A stretch of 59,151 nucleotides of DNA, counting the filler. It is 3 parts of 3 records of this genome, joined end to end, with 100 filler letters (N's around TTAATTAATTAA, not from the genome) between each part and the next. Parts side by side here need not be neighbours in the genome. Positions count along the whole stretch, not along the records: positions 27,199 to 44,958 come from SRR31156797_3071; 2 more parts are not named here. The stretch is one strand, 5' to 3'. Under the pieces are notes generated by a model, which had not been told where the DNA came from, searched no databases, and saw only the letters and a list, made by a program, of their open reading frames with translations. This document shows positions 28,701-37,799 of this stretch, one piece after another (within the stretch, counting starts at the first letter, position 1; each line of letters opens with the position of its first letter). The position numbers and the translations under genes are program-made.

Positions 28701-28866
28701 AACAATTAGGCTATCCCAGAGCTGAAAATTATTTATAATATTAGGTATTTGTGGCGTATTATGGAAAAAGTGGGTGTGACCGGTAAAATGATTGGGTGAA
28801 TAAATATATATATGGACCGAATGATGATTATATGGTTTACTTGTTTTATTTTAAATGGTTATATGC

Positions 28867-28890
28867 GTATAAAAAAATATACGGCCGTAT
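28867..28890. promoter_or_regulatory. Candidate upstream activator site for the bEBP
   Basis: Palindromes GTATA-N6-TATAC (28867-82) and ATACGGCCGTAT (28879-90), about 170 bp upstream of the sigma54 site, with AT-rich DNA in between. Confidence 0.35.
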
Positions 28891-28896
28891 GGGGTG

Positions 28897-30318
28897 TTAT
28901 ACAGGGTCCTTGGTTCGCTCAGGTGCACTTGCAGAGAGGTGATGTTTTTTCATGAGGGCTGAAAAATTTGACCTTTGCATTCCCACGCGTTTAGATGCCC
29001 GGGTGATGTTCCCCTGAGCATCTGAAAGGGCTTTTTGAAGAAAAGCACGTTCAATTTGACCGAACTGCTTTTCCAGCAAATCCTGTTTGGCGGATTTGAG
29101 CTCGTCCAGTGTTTCGGGAATTGCGCTGTGGCTCGGATTCCGATCTGCCTCCAGATGATCCGTGAGGCTTCCATACCCCAGAATTTTGTCATCGGCCATA
29201 ATGACCAGACGTTCCACCACATTCTTGATCTGGCGGACATTGCCGGGCCAGTCATGGTTTATCAAATATGCGAGGGCATCGTCTGAAAAGCCGTCGATTT
29301 GCTTTTCAACCTGGTGACAGTACATTCTCAGAAAGTGATAGAGTAATCTCGGGATATCATCTTTTCTCTCTCGAAGCGGTGGAATAAAGATGGGGAAGAC
29401 ATTTAAGCGATAAAAAAAATCTTCCCGGAATTGGCCGTGGTCAACCATTGTTTTAAGGTCCCGATTGGTGGCGCCGATGATCCGGACATCCGATTTCTTC
29501 AAACGGTTGCCTCCCACCGGCTTATACTCATGGGTTTCCAGGGCCCTTAGAAGTTTGGCTTGAGTGGTCATGTCCAGGTTTGCCACCTCATCGAGGAAAA
29601 GGGACCCGTGGTTGGCCATCTCGAAAATGCCCGCCTTATCTTTGACGGCCCCGGTAAAGGCGCCTTTCACATGCCCGAACAGTTCACTTTCCAAAAGGGA
29701 TGAAGAGAATGTACTGCAGTCTACGGCCACAAAACGGGCGGCGGCTCTTTTGCTGTGTGCATGAATGGCTCTGGCAAAGAGTTCTTTTCCCGTTCCGCTC
29801 TCCCCATACAGGAGTACCGTGCTGTTGGTGGGGGCTACTTTCTCAATCCCTTCAAATATTCTGAGGATTTTACTGTTTTCTCCGATGATGTTGCTGAAGT
29901 TGAAGCGCTCTGAAAGCTGTTGACGCAGAGAGAGGTTTTCCTCTTTTAAGCGTTTGCTCTCCAGGGCTTTTGACACAGCAATGGAAAGTTCATCGTCGGA
30001 GAAAGGTTTTGTCAGGTAATCGAATGCGCCTGACTTCATGGCCTCAACGGCGTTTTGCACGGAAAAATGCCCTGTCATGACAATAATGTGCTCGCCCGGT
30101 TTTTCCTTTGCAACTTCCTTCAGGATCTCCATGCCGCCCAGATCCGGCAGCTTCATGTCCAGCAGGACCACATCGTAATTACCTTTCAGGATAGCATCGA
30201 GTCCTGACCTGCCGTTCATGCAGATATCAACGGAATAGTCTTCATCCATGAGCGCCGTACGACACCCGTTGCAGATGACCCTTTCGTCGTCGATAATCAG
30301 GATATTAACAGGTTCCAT
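28897..30318 (-). CDS. Sigma54-dependent transcriptional activator (NtrC/AtoC family: REC, AAA+, HTH)
   Basis: REC domain, GESGTGKE, ESELFGHVKGAFTGA, LFLDEV, FREDFFYRLNV, WPGNVRQ, C-terminal HTH. Start could be TTG at 30342. Confidence 0.93.
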   Translation of the reverse strand: MEPVNILIIDDERVICNGCRTALMDEDYSVDICMNGRSGLDAILKGNYDVVLLDMKLPDLGGMEILKEVAKEKPGEHIIVMTGHFSVQNAVEAMKSGAFDYLTKPFSDDELSIAVSKALESKRLKEENLSLRQQLSERFNFSNIIGENSKILRIFEGIEKVAPTNSTVLLYGESGTGKELFARAIHAHSKRAAARFVAVDCSTFSSSLLESELFGHVKGAFTGAVKDKAGIFEMANHGSLFLDEVANLDMTTQAKLLRALETHEYKPVGGNRLKKSDVRIIGATNRDLKTMVDHGQFREDFFYRLNVFPIFIPPLRERKDDIPRLLYHFLRMYCHQVEKQIDGFSDDALAYLINHDWPGNVRQIKNVVERLVIMADDKILGYGSLTDHLEADRNPSHSAIPETLDELKSAKQDLLEKQFGQIERAFLQKALSDAQGNITRASKRVGMQRSNFSALMKKHHLSASAPERTKDPV

Positions 30319-30448
30319 TATTTTGTCTTTCCGTTTCGACAACAGAAACGAAACAATGTGTTCGGTGCACTATTTAAAGGCTGCCTGTCTCTTTATGCCT
30401 CTGATTTGCCTGAAATGGGCGCTTTAGCTGACACCTTTTTATTGATTA

Positions 30449-30622
30449 TCAAGCCAGATATTGCTCAAGTTTCTCGCTCAGGGAAACGGGCCAGATTTCT
30501 TCGAATAGAAAAGCCTGGATCTCTTCTTTGTTAAGACTTCGCATAATATCCGCCGGCAGATCCCTCAATACTTCCATTCGGCCGGGAAGCGGTTCTTTAT
30601 TTACTGGTTTTTTCTCTTCCAC
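30449..30622 (-). CDS. Small hypothetical protein (57 aa), not in the ORF track
   Basis: GAGGAG RBS then GTG; MEEKKPVNKEPLPGRMEVLRDLPADIMRSLNKEEIQAFLFEEIWPVSLSEKLEQYLA. Co-oriented with its neighbours. Confidence 0.6.
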   Translation of the reverse strand: MEEKKPVNKEPLPGRMEVLRDLPADIMRSLNKEEIQAFLFEEIWPVSLSEKLEQYLA

Positions 30623-30690
30623 TATGTCGATTTCTCCTCGTTATCCATATTTTTAATTCAAAGTCGGACGTTCCATGTTCAACGTTCATC

Positions 30691-31392
30691 CTAACCCAGA
30701 TAGGCCTCCTTGACCCTCGGGTTCTTCAGCAAATCACAGCTTTTGTCCTCAAGGACCACCCGGCCCGTTTCAATGACGTAGCCGTAGTCTCCCAGTTCGA
30801 GAGCGGCGTTTGCATTTTGCTCCACCAGAAGGATGGTCAACCCTTCGTCCCGTATTTGACGGATAATGGCCATGATCTGTTCCACCACCAACGGCGCCAG
30901 CCCCAGTGAAGGCTCATCCAGCAGTAGCAACCCGGGGGAAGCCATCAGGGCCCGGGCGATGGCCAGCATCTGTTGTTCCCCTCCCGAGAGGGTACCGCCG
31001 CTCTGCTCCCGTCGCTCCTTCAAAATGGGAAAAAGGGTAAAGGCCTTTTCCATCAATGCTGAAATTTTTCTCCTGTCCCTGTGCAGGTAGGCGCCCAGGA
31101 TCAGGTTTTCCATGACCGTGAGATCCGGAAATATGCGGCGTCCTTCAGGCACCTGCACGACGCCCCGCTTAACGATCTCTTCCGGCGGCAGTTTCTGAAT
31201 GAAATCTCCCCGGAGGATGATGTTTCCCTCCCGGATGCCCTGAATGCCGCTGATGGCCATGAGGGTGGTCGATTTCCCCGCGCCGTTCGCCCCGATCAGG
31301 CAACAGATGCTTTTTTCTTTTACATGGAGGGATATGCCTTTGAGTGCATGGATTTTTCGATAATAACTGTGCACATTTTCAAGCTTCAGCAT
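30691..31392 (-). CDS. livF: Branched-chain amino acid ABC transporter ATPase LivF
   Basis: GANGAGKST, QVPEGRRIF, LSGGEQQML, LLDEPSLGLAP, VEQN, EAYLG. Confidence 0.93.
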   Translation of the reverse strand: MLKLENVHSYYRKIHALKGISLHVKEKSICCLIGANGAGKSTTLMAISGIQGIREGNIILRGDFIQKLPPEEIVKRGVVQVPEGRRIFPDLTVMENLILGAYLHRDRRKISALMEKAFTLFPILKERREQSGGTLSGGEQQMLAIARALMASPGLLLLDEPSLGLAPLVVEQIMAIIRQIRDEGLTILLVEQNANAALELGDYGYVIETGRVVLEDKSCDLLKNPRVKEAYLG

Positions 31393-32567
31393 ACGCCCGA
31401 GTCCCCTCCGAGGTAGGCGTCAATGACTTTTTTGTTCTCTCGAACCGCATCGGGTGTCCCTTCGGCAATCAGTCTGCCATAATCAAATACATAGATGTAA
31501 TCCGTTAAATTCATCATGACCTTCATGTCATGTTCAATAATAAGTACGGCGATGCCGTTTTCCCGTATTTTTCGGACCAAACGGATAAGTTTTTCCGATT
31601 CCTTGGCGTTCATGCCAGCCGCCGGTTCATCCAGGAGGAGAAGTTTCGGTCCGGAAGCCAGGGCCCGGGCGATTTCCAATCGGCGCTGTTCGCCGTAAGC
31701 CAGGGTATCGGCAAGATCAAAGGCCCGATGTTCAAGGCCCACAAAGCGGAGAAAATGAAGCCCCTTCTTTTCGGCCGATGCCTCTTCTTCTTTCTGAAAC
31801 CGGGTTCTAAAGAGTGTTTTCCCTAGTCCGGAGTGCATCCGGCCATGGCGACCGATCTTTACATTGTCCAGCACGCTCAGGTTGAAAAAGAGGCGTATGT
31901 TCTGAAATGTCCTTGCGATCCCCATTCGGCAAACCGCATCGGGACCCGTTCGGAAGCCATAAATCGTGCGCACCTTTTGCGTGCACAGCAGGCCTAGGAA
32001 ATAGAGGCTTAAGAGACCTGCGGCCACTCCCCATGGCATGGTAAAATAATAGAGCGGCATATGGGTCAGAACAAGCATATCCGATGGATTTTTAAGGGTG
32101 ATAAAGCAAAGGGCAAAACACAAATCGGACAGGAGAAAAATAAACATGAGCCCCCATGCCCAGATCTCATGGCGCAAGAGTCCTCGAACCAGCAGAAATC
32201 GAATGGAGAGGACAAAAATCCCCAGCAAAAACAATTCGACTTTGAAAAAAGTCTGAGGCAGGAAAAAGGACCAGAAAAGGGGGATTCGAATCAAACCTAA
32301 GATTAAGAATATCAAAGCGAAAACGCGGATTCGCTTTTTTGTGATGTTTGAAATGCGGGCAGCCAGCGGAATGTTCTTAAATTGGATGAGTCCGCCGGTG
32401 GGATGATACAGACAGGAGAGACAATTAAAAAAGGTGGTTTTTCCGGCGCCGTTGGGGCCTATGATACCGACGATCTGTTCCGGTTCCACCTTCAGGGTGA
32501 TCTCTTTCAAAGCCAGCAGCCCGCCAAAGGATTTGGATAGATTCTTAACCTTGAGAAGTGTGTCCAT
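31386..32567 (-). CDS. livG: Branched-chain amino acid ABC transporter ATPase LivG with internal four-TM insertion
   Basis: GPNGAGKTT, GIARTFQNIRLF, LAYGEQRRLEIARALA, LLDEPAAG, IEHDM, AYLG; about 138-aa hydrophobic insert. Confidence 0.88.
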   Translation of the reverse strand: MDTLLKVKNLSKSFGGLLALKEITLKVEPEQIVGIIGPNGAGKTTFFNCLSCLYHPTGGLIQFKNIPLAARISNITKKRIRVFALIFLILGLIRIPLFWSFFLPQTFFKVELFLLGIFVLSIRFLLVRGLLRHEIWAWGLMFIFLLSDLCFALCFITLKNPSDMLVLTHMPLYYFTMPWGVAAGLLSLYFLGLLCTQKVRTIYGFRTGPDAVCRMGIARTFQNIRLFFNLSVLDNVKIGRHGRMHSGLGKTLFRTRFQKEEEASAEKKGLHFLRFVGLEHRAFDLADTLAYGEQRRLEIARALASGPKLLLLDEPAAGMNAKESEKLIRLVRKIRENGIAVLIIEHDMKVMMNLTDYIYVFDYGRLIAEGTPDAVRENKKVIDAYLGGDSGVC

Positions 32568-32574
32568 GTGACAT

Positions 32575-33576
32575 CTACTCCCCGTTGCCCAGCAAACGGG
32601 CTTTTGCCTGCTCGGCCTTACCGCTTCTGGATAGCTGGAACGGTATAAGCCCTTCGGGCCGCAGCCGCATCATCAGGACCAGAAGCAATCCATAAATCAG
32701 ATAGCGGGCATTGAACATGCCCTGGGGCAGAACAGCGCGCAATATTTCACTCAGGGGGATCAGGATCAGGGCCCCCAGCATGGTGCCGGCGATACTCCCC
32801 ATGCCCCCGAATACGATAAGGCAAAGGATCAGAATGGATTCCCAGAACTTGAACATATCCGGATGGATAAAACGGAACCACTTGGCATAAAAGGCGCCGC
32901 CCATGGCGCCGATGGCGGCGCTGGCGGCAAATGCCAACACCTTGTAGCGGATCAGGCTGATGCCGCAGCACTGGGCTGCGATTTCGTCCTCCCGAATGGC
33001 GAACCAGGCCCTCCCGAGCCGCGAGTTCTCAAGGCGTACCACCACCGCCAGAACAATCGCCAGGAGAAACAACGCCAAATAGAAATACTGCCAGTCGCGG
33101 GTAAACGCATGACCGAAAACGGCGGGCGGCGGAATGCCCGGCAACCCCATGGGGCCGCGGGTGAGCCAGAGTTCATTACGAAGGAGCAGGACCACCAGTT
33201 CGGAAAACCCGAATGTCACGATGGCGAAATAATCCCCTGTCAGACGAAGGGTGGGCGCTCCCAGCAGCAAGCCCCAGAGAGCGCCGTTGGCCGCTGCAAG
33301 GGGCAGAATAACCCACAGACTGAGATCGTAATGGATGGCCAGCAGTCCGGATGTGTAAGCGCCGATGCCATAAAACCCCACATAGCCCAGGTCCAGCAGG
33401 CCGGTGAACCCGGGAACGATATTGAGGCCCAGCGCCAGGATCATATACAAGACTGCGGTGGTCAGTACCCTCAACAGATAACTACCGGACGGCCCAAAGG
33501 GAATCCATGGCAGGAGCACCGCCAGAACCAGCAGCCCTAGAAAAAGAGTTCGGGGGTTTTTGGAGAAAAGAATCAT
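32575..33576 (-). CDS. livM: Branched-chain amino acid ABC transporter permease LivM
   Basis: GLLDLGYVGFYGIGAY, LRLTGDYFAIVT, SRLGRAWFAIREDEIAA. Confidence 0.92.
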   Translation of the reverse strand: MILFSKNPRTLFLGLLVLAVLLPWIPFGPSGSYLLRVLTTAVLYMILALGLNIVPGFTGLLDLGYVGFYGIGAYTSGLLAIHYDLSLWVILPLAAANGALWGLLLGAPTLRLTGDYFAIVTFGFSELVVLLLRNELWLTRGPMGLPGIPPPAVFGHAFTRDWQYFYLALFLLAIVLAVVVRLENSRLGRAWFAIREDEIAAQCCGISLIRYKVLAFAASAAIGAMGGAFYAKWFRFIHPDMFKFWESILILCLIVFGGMGSIAGTMLGALILIPLSEILRAVLPQGMFNARYLIYGLLLVLMMRLRPEGLIPFQLSRSGKAEQAKARLLGNGE

Positions 33577-34490
33577 TACACTTTCTCCCCCACCTGCTTC
33601 CCGATAAGGCCAGAGGGCTTAAAAAGGATGACGGCTATCATGACGGCATAGGAAATACCATCCCGGTATTCGGAGGAAATGTATCCGGCGCCCATCACTT
33701 CGGCAATCCCCAACACGCCGCCGCCCAACATGGCGCCGGGAACGCTGCCGATACCGCCCAGAACCGCTGCGGCAAACGCTTTGATGCCGGCAACGTAACC
33801 CATGGTGGGAAAAATGGCATTATAATAAAGTCCCACCAGAATCCCCGCCATGCCGCCCATGGCCGAACCGATGGCAAAAGTGAAACTGATAACGCGATTT
33901 ACCCCGATGCCCATGAGAGCGGATGCGGTCTTGTCCTGTGAAATGGCGCGCATGGCCATGCCGATTCTGGTTTTATGGATCGTGAGATGAAGGATGATCA
34001 TGGACAGAAGGGTAACGGCCAGAATAAAGAGTTGAAGCCAGGATAAGGATACATCTCCAAAGGTTATGGCGGATTCGGAAAAGAATGCCGGTAAAATATC
34101 CCTGGGGTATGATTTGATCTGGCTTCCCCAGATGAGCAGCGCCATGTTCTGCAGAAATATGGACATCCCGATGGCGGTGATCAAGGCCGCCAGCCGGGGC
34201 GCTTTTCTTAAAGGGCGATAGGCCACAAAATCGAGAATAATACCCAAGATGGCGCAGATCAAAAGGGTCAGGATAAATGCCGGAAAAAACGGCATCCCCA
34301 GAACAGCCACCAGGGTGTAGGCGAGAAAGGCGCCCAGCATATAGATTTCCCCGTGGGCGAAGTTGATCAGCTGAATGACCCCGTAAACCATGGTGTAGCC
34401 CACGGCAATAAGGGCGTAGACGCCTCCCAGGGTGATGCCGTTCACCAGTTGCTGCAAAAAAAGGCCGGACTGATCCAGGAGGCTTTCCAA
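33576..34490 (-). CDS. livH: Branched-chain amino acid ABC transporter permease LivH
   Basis: YALIAVGYTMVYGVIQLINFAHGE, KAFAAAVLGGIG; TTG start. Confidence 0.93.
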   Translation of the reverse strand: MESLLDQSGLFLQQLVNGITLGGVYALIAVGYTMVYGVIQLINFAHGEIYMLGAFLAYTLVAVLGMPFFPAFILTLLICAILGIILDFVAYRPLRKAPRLAALITAIGMSIFLQNMALLIWGSQIKSYPRDILPAFFSESAITFGDVSLSWLQLFILAVTLLSMIILHLTIHKTRIGMAMRAISQDKTASALMGIGVNRVISFTFAIGSAMGGMAGILVGLYYNAIFPTMGYVAGIKAFAAAVLGGIGSVPGAMLGGGVLGIAEVMGAGYISSEYRDGISYAVMIAVILFKPSGLIGKQVGEKV

Positions 34491-34500
34491 CTGTCATGCC

Positions 34501-35634
34501 TTACTGAAGCTGTTTTTCCGCCCCGATCCATTTTCCGTTCTTAATCTCTTTGACAAAGGCCTCTTTGAGGCAATCCCCGTTTTTATCGAAATAGGTTTTG
34601 CCCGCCACCCCGTCATAGGCTTTTGCTTTGGTGTCAACGGAGGCCAGGTATTCCCGGACCTTTTCCCTGTCCTGACCGGCCGCGGCGATGGCGGCGGCTG
34701 CAATGCCGACAGCATCATAGGTGTTGGCGGCGAACCAGTTGGGGTCTATCCCGAATTTTTTTTGGTAAGCTTTGATGAAACCGGCGGCTTTCGGTCCGGC
34801 TTTGTCGGGAATGAAAGGGGTTGTTACAAAAAGACCTTCCGCGTCCGGATTTTTCAACATGAGATTGTCATCTAGGCCATCGGCGCCCAGAAAATCCACA
34901 TTTTTCATGCCCAGACCTCTGGCCTGGCTAATGATCAAGGTCCCTTGAGGGGCGTATCCGGGAATAAAGACGGCATCCGGTTTCATCATTTTGAATTTGG
35001 TGAGCTGAGGTTTGAAATCGGTGGTATGGGCGGTGTAGGCCTCTTTTCCCAAGATTCTGATGCCGCTTTTCTTAGCCTGTTCCATAAAGGCTTCCATTAA
35101 CCCAATGGAATAGTCATTCATTTCATAAAATATGGCGACCTTTTTGTAACCTTTGACCCCCTTGGCATACTTGGCCAGGAAGAGCCCCTGAAAGTCATCC
35201 TTATAGACGTTCCTGAAATAGTAGGGGCTTGATTTTCCAAGGCTGATGTTGGTGGAAGCCGGAGAAATGGCGGGAAGTTTGGCTTCCTTGTAAATGGGAA
35301 GGGCCGCCAGCGACGCCGAGCTGCAGAGATGCCCAACAACCACCGATACACGGGGATCCCCGGCCAGTTTGGTGGCCACCGTGGCTGCCTCTTTGGGATC
35401 GCACAGTTCATCTTCCAGAATAATTTCAACCTTCTGTCCGTTGATACCGCCTGCCGCGTTGATTTCTTCGGCTTTAAGCAGAGCGCCGTTTTTCATGCCT
35501 TCCCCAAAAGAGGCCAGGGGCCCCGTAAATGGCGCAGCCAGGGGAATTTTGATGGAATCCGCCCATGAAGGGGAGGTTAGCCCCAGGAACTGCAATAAAA
35601 CCCAGAAACATAGGAAAAAGCCCAGTCTTTTCAT
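34501..35634 (-). CDS. Branched-chain amino acid ABC transporter substrate-binding protein (LivJ/K family)
   Basis: Signal peptide, EINAAGGING, GHLCSS, ISPAST, YDAV; AGGAGG RBS before MKRLGFF. Confidence 0.9.
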   Translation of the reverse strand: MKRLGFFLCFWVLLQFLGLTSPSWADSIKIPLAAPFTGPLASFGEGMKNGALLKAEEINAAGGINGQKVEIILEDELCDPKEAATVATKLAGDPRVSVVVGHLCSSASLAALPIYKEAKLPAISPASTNISLGKSSPYYFRNVYKDDFQGLFLAKYAKGVKGYKKVAIFYEMNDYSIGLMEAFMEQAKKSGIRILGKEAYTAHTTDFKPQLTKFKMMKPDAVFIPGYAPQGTLIISQARGLGMKNVDFLGADGLDDNLMLKNPDAEGLFVTTPFIPDKAGPKAAGFIKAYQKKFGIDPNWFAANTYDAVGIAAAAIAAAGQDREKVREYLASVDTKAKAYDGVAGKTYFDKNGDCLKEAFVKEIKNGKWIGAEKQLQ

Positions 35635-35656
35635 AATTACCCTCCTTAAAAATGGT

Positions 35657-37288
35657 TTATTTTCTGAGGACACTGTCCTTGATCCGCTTGATATGGCCGC
35701 GTCCCATCCCTTTCACTTCGCAGCCCAGTTCGAAATACCGCCGGATTTTTTGATCATCCAGAATGCCGAAACAATCCACCACGGCCAAGGGACCGCCGGC
35801 CATTTTTACCACCTCATCGGGCGAAAGGTCCAAGTAAGGGCGATGGCGAACGGCCAGGATGACCGCGTCCGCGCCTTTTAATGCTTCCGTTAGATCTTTC
35901 GTCATTTCAAAGTCGGAAAAGTGGTCCTGGTTACGGAAAAACCGGGCCCAGCCGGCGCCCACGGCCGGATAGGAATCCTGCTTTTCCAGCTCCCACCAGT
36001 GCTGCACGTAAGGGTCGTGGGCCTTAATTTCGGCCCCCATTTCGGTCAGCTTTCGAGCGATAATCTCGCTGCCGCTGTACCGGGTATCCCCCACGTCCTC
36101 CCGGTAGGATGCGCCCAGCAGGGTGATCTGGGATGCGGCCACGATACGGCCCATGTTTCTCAAGGCATCGCGCACCAGTTGGGCTGCGTGCAGTGCCCGG
36201 GTATCGTTGATATTGATGGCTTCGGGGGTAATTTTGAAAATATCGTTTTCAAAGCCCATGAGATGTTTGTAGGCCCACAGGCCCAACCCCCCGTCTTTGG
36301 GAAGGCAGTACCCCCCGATGCCGGGTCCGGGGAAAAGGATATTGCTGTGGGTGGGTCGTACTTTAATGGCGTCGATGACCTTGACGATATCAACCCCGTT
36401 GGTTTCGGAAAAAAGGCTCCATTCGTTCAGAAAAGCCAGGATGGTGGCCCGATAGCTGTTTTCCACGATTTTGCAGGTTTCGCTCTCAATGGGTCGATCC
36501 AGTACGGTCAGGGGGTAATCCCCGGTATTGAGCACCTGGGACAGAAACCGGGTTACTTTTTCCCGGCTCTCCGGGTTGATGCCGCTGCAAACCCGCCAGA
36601 AATCCCGTACCGAGCGAACATATTCCTTTCCCGGCATGACCCTTTCATAACTGTGCGCCAACAGGGGATCCGCTTCGATGTCCCGTGCCTTGAACCCCTT
36701 TTTAATCAGCGGATAGGCCACATATTCGGTGGTTCCCGGCGGCACGGTGGTTTCGATCAAAACAAGGCAATGGGGGGATATCTTTTGGCCGATGATTTTG
36801 AAACTCTCCTCCAGGGCGCCGATCTCCGCAAACCCCGTTTTCAGGTTGCCCAGGTCTTGTTTTAAAAAATCACACTGCACATCCACCACCAGGATGTCCG
36901 CAAGAGCGAGAGCATCATGGGTAAATGTGGCCGTAAGGGTCTTTTTCCGTATGACACACCGTTCGATCAAAGGCGCCACTTCCGGGTCTTCCGCCTTGAT
37001 GGGCGATACGCCGCGGTTGAAGAGGGGAATTTTCCAGAAGCTTCGCGTGCTGGGCCGCTGCATGCCGATGACAAACTTATTGGGATCACCGGTTTTCGGG
37101 TCAACGGAGTCCGCCACAACACCGGCCATGACAGCCCCCACAAATCCCAGGCCCATGACCACCACAATTTCCCGGCCCCGGTCGCGGTGTTCCCGTGCCA
37201 GACGTTTTAATCTGTCAAATTCCCGCACGTGATCTTCTTCACTTGGGAGAATAAACTTTTCACCTTCGGGACTGCTTGAATATTCCAT
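35657..37288 (-). CDS. Nucleotide-sugar dehydrogenase (UDP-glucose/GDP-mannose dehydrogenase family)
   Basis: GLGFVG Rossmann fold, ETTVPPGTT, ERVMPG, KIVENSYR, GPGIGGYCLPKD, DTRYS. Confidence 0.9.
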   Translation of the reverse strand: MEYSSSPEGEKFILPSEEDHVREFDRLKRLAREHRDRGREIVVVMGLGFVGAVMAGVVADSVDPKTGDPNKFVIGMQRPSTRSFWKIPLFNRGVSPIKAEDPEVAPLIERCVIRKKTLTATFTHDALALADILVVDVQCDFLKQDLGNLKTGFAEIGALEESFKIIGQKISPHCLVLIETTVPPGTTEYVAYPLIKKGFKARDIEADPLLAHSYERVMPGKEYVRSVRDFWRVCSGINPESREKVTRFLSQVLNTGDYPLTVLDRPIESETCKIVENSYRATILAFLNEWSLFSETNGVDIVKVIDAIKVRPTHSNILFPGPGIGGYCLPKDGGLGLWAYKHLMGFENDIFKITPEAININDTRALHAAQLVRDALRNMGRIVAASQITLLGASYREDVGDTRYSGSEIIARKLTEMGAEIKAHDPYVQHWWELEKQDSYPAVGAGWARFFRNQDHFSDFEMTKDLTEALKGADAVILAVRHRPYLDLSPDEVVKMAGGPLAVVDCFGILDDQKIRRYFELGCEVKGMGRGHIKRIKDSVLRK

Positions 37289-37379
37289 ATGGAATTCGCC
37301 TTAATTCAAATATTTATGCAATTTTCGGGTATTCCAAAACCATGGGAAGCGTCTGAATGAAAAAATCGAAATATTTCAA

Positions 37380-37480
37380 TAGATAATTGAGATACCGAAG
37401 AATGTCAAGCAGAAGGGTGTGGTGGGGTGGCTGGAAAAAAAACTTGACAATCCCTTGAAAATCCTATTTATTAGTATATT
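37380..37480. promoter_or_regulatory. Divergent sigma70-like -35 boxes
   Basis: TTGACA on the minus strand (37408-37403) and on the plus strand (37444-37449); the -10 boxes are only weakly consensus. Confidence 0.35.
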
Positions 37481-37520
37481 CGCGTTTGATTGTAGAAAGA
37501 TGTCTGATTGAAACATACAA

Positions 37521-37745
37521 AAAACGGGCGCTGTCGGCCGTTATGGTCGCGGTGGACAAGACAGTCAGGCATCCTCCTGATAAGACGTTAAAAATGCATA
37601 CCGGGCCATGGGTTTAATCTAACCCCGGCCGATCTTCTCGTCTTCAAGATTTCGATGAATCTCGAGCATCAGGAACTTCCGGCGCTGCCGGCCTTTCATT
37701 TAGGGGCCGCGGACGTCGATATAACACCAGCCGCCGCCCCGTTTT
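37521..37745 (+). other. Candidate structured leader RNA upstream of the AbfD-like operon
   Basis: Closing stem AAAACGGG/CCCGTTTT plus GCTG/CAGC, GTTAT/ATAAC and GACGT/ACGTC, enclosing four hairpins. Confidence 0.4.
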
Positions 37746-37799
37746 CGTGCGTTGCTGAAAACATAGACCCACAACATTTTACAGGGAAAAGGAGGAGTT

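Noticed and set aside
37670-37712. Resemblance to a cobalamin riboswitch (AGGAA...CCGGCGCTGCC)
   Set aside because: The conserved GGGAA-x-GGTG and GCCACTG B12-box elements are not present.
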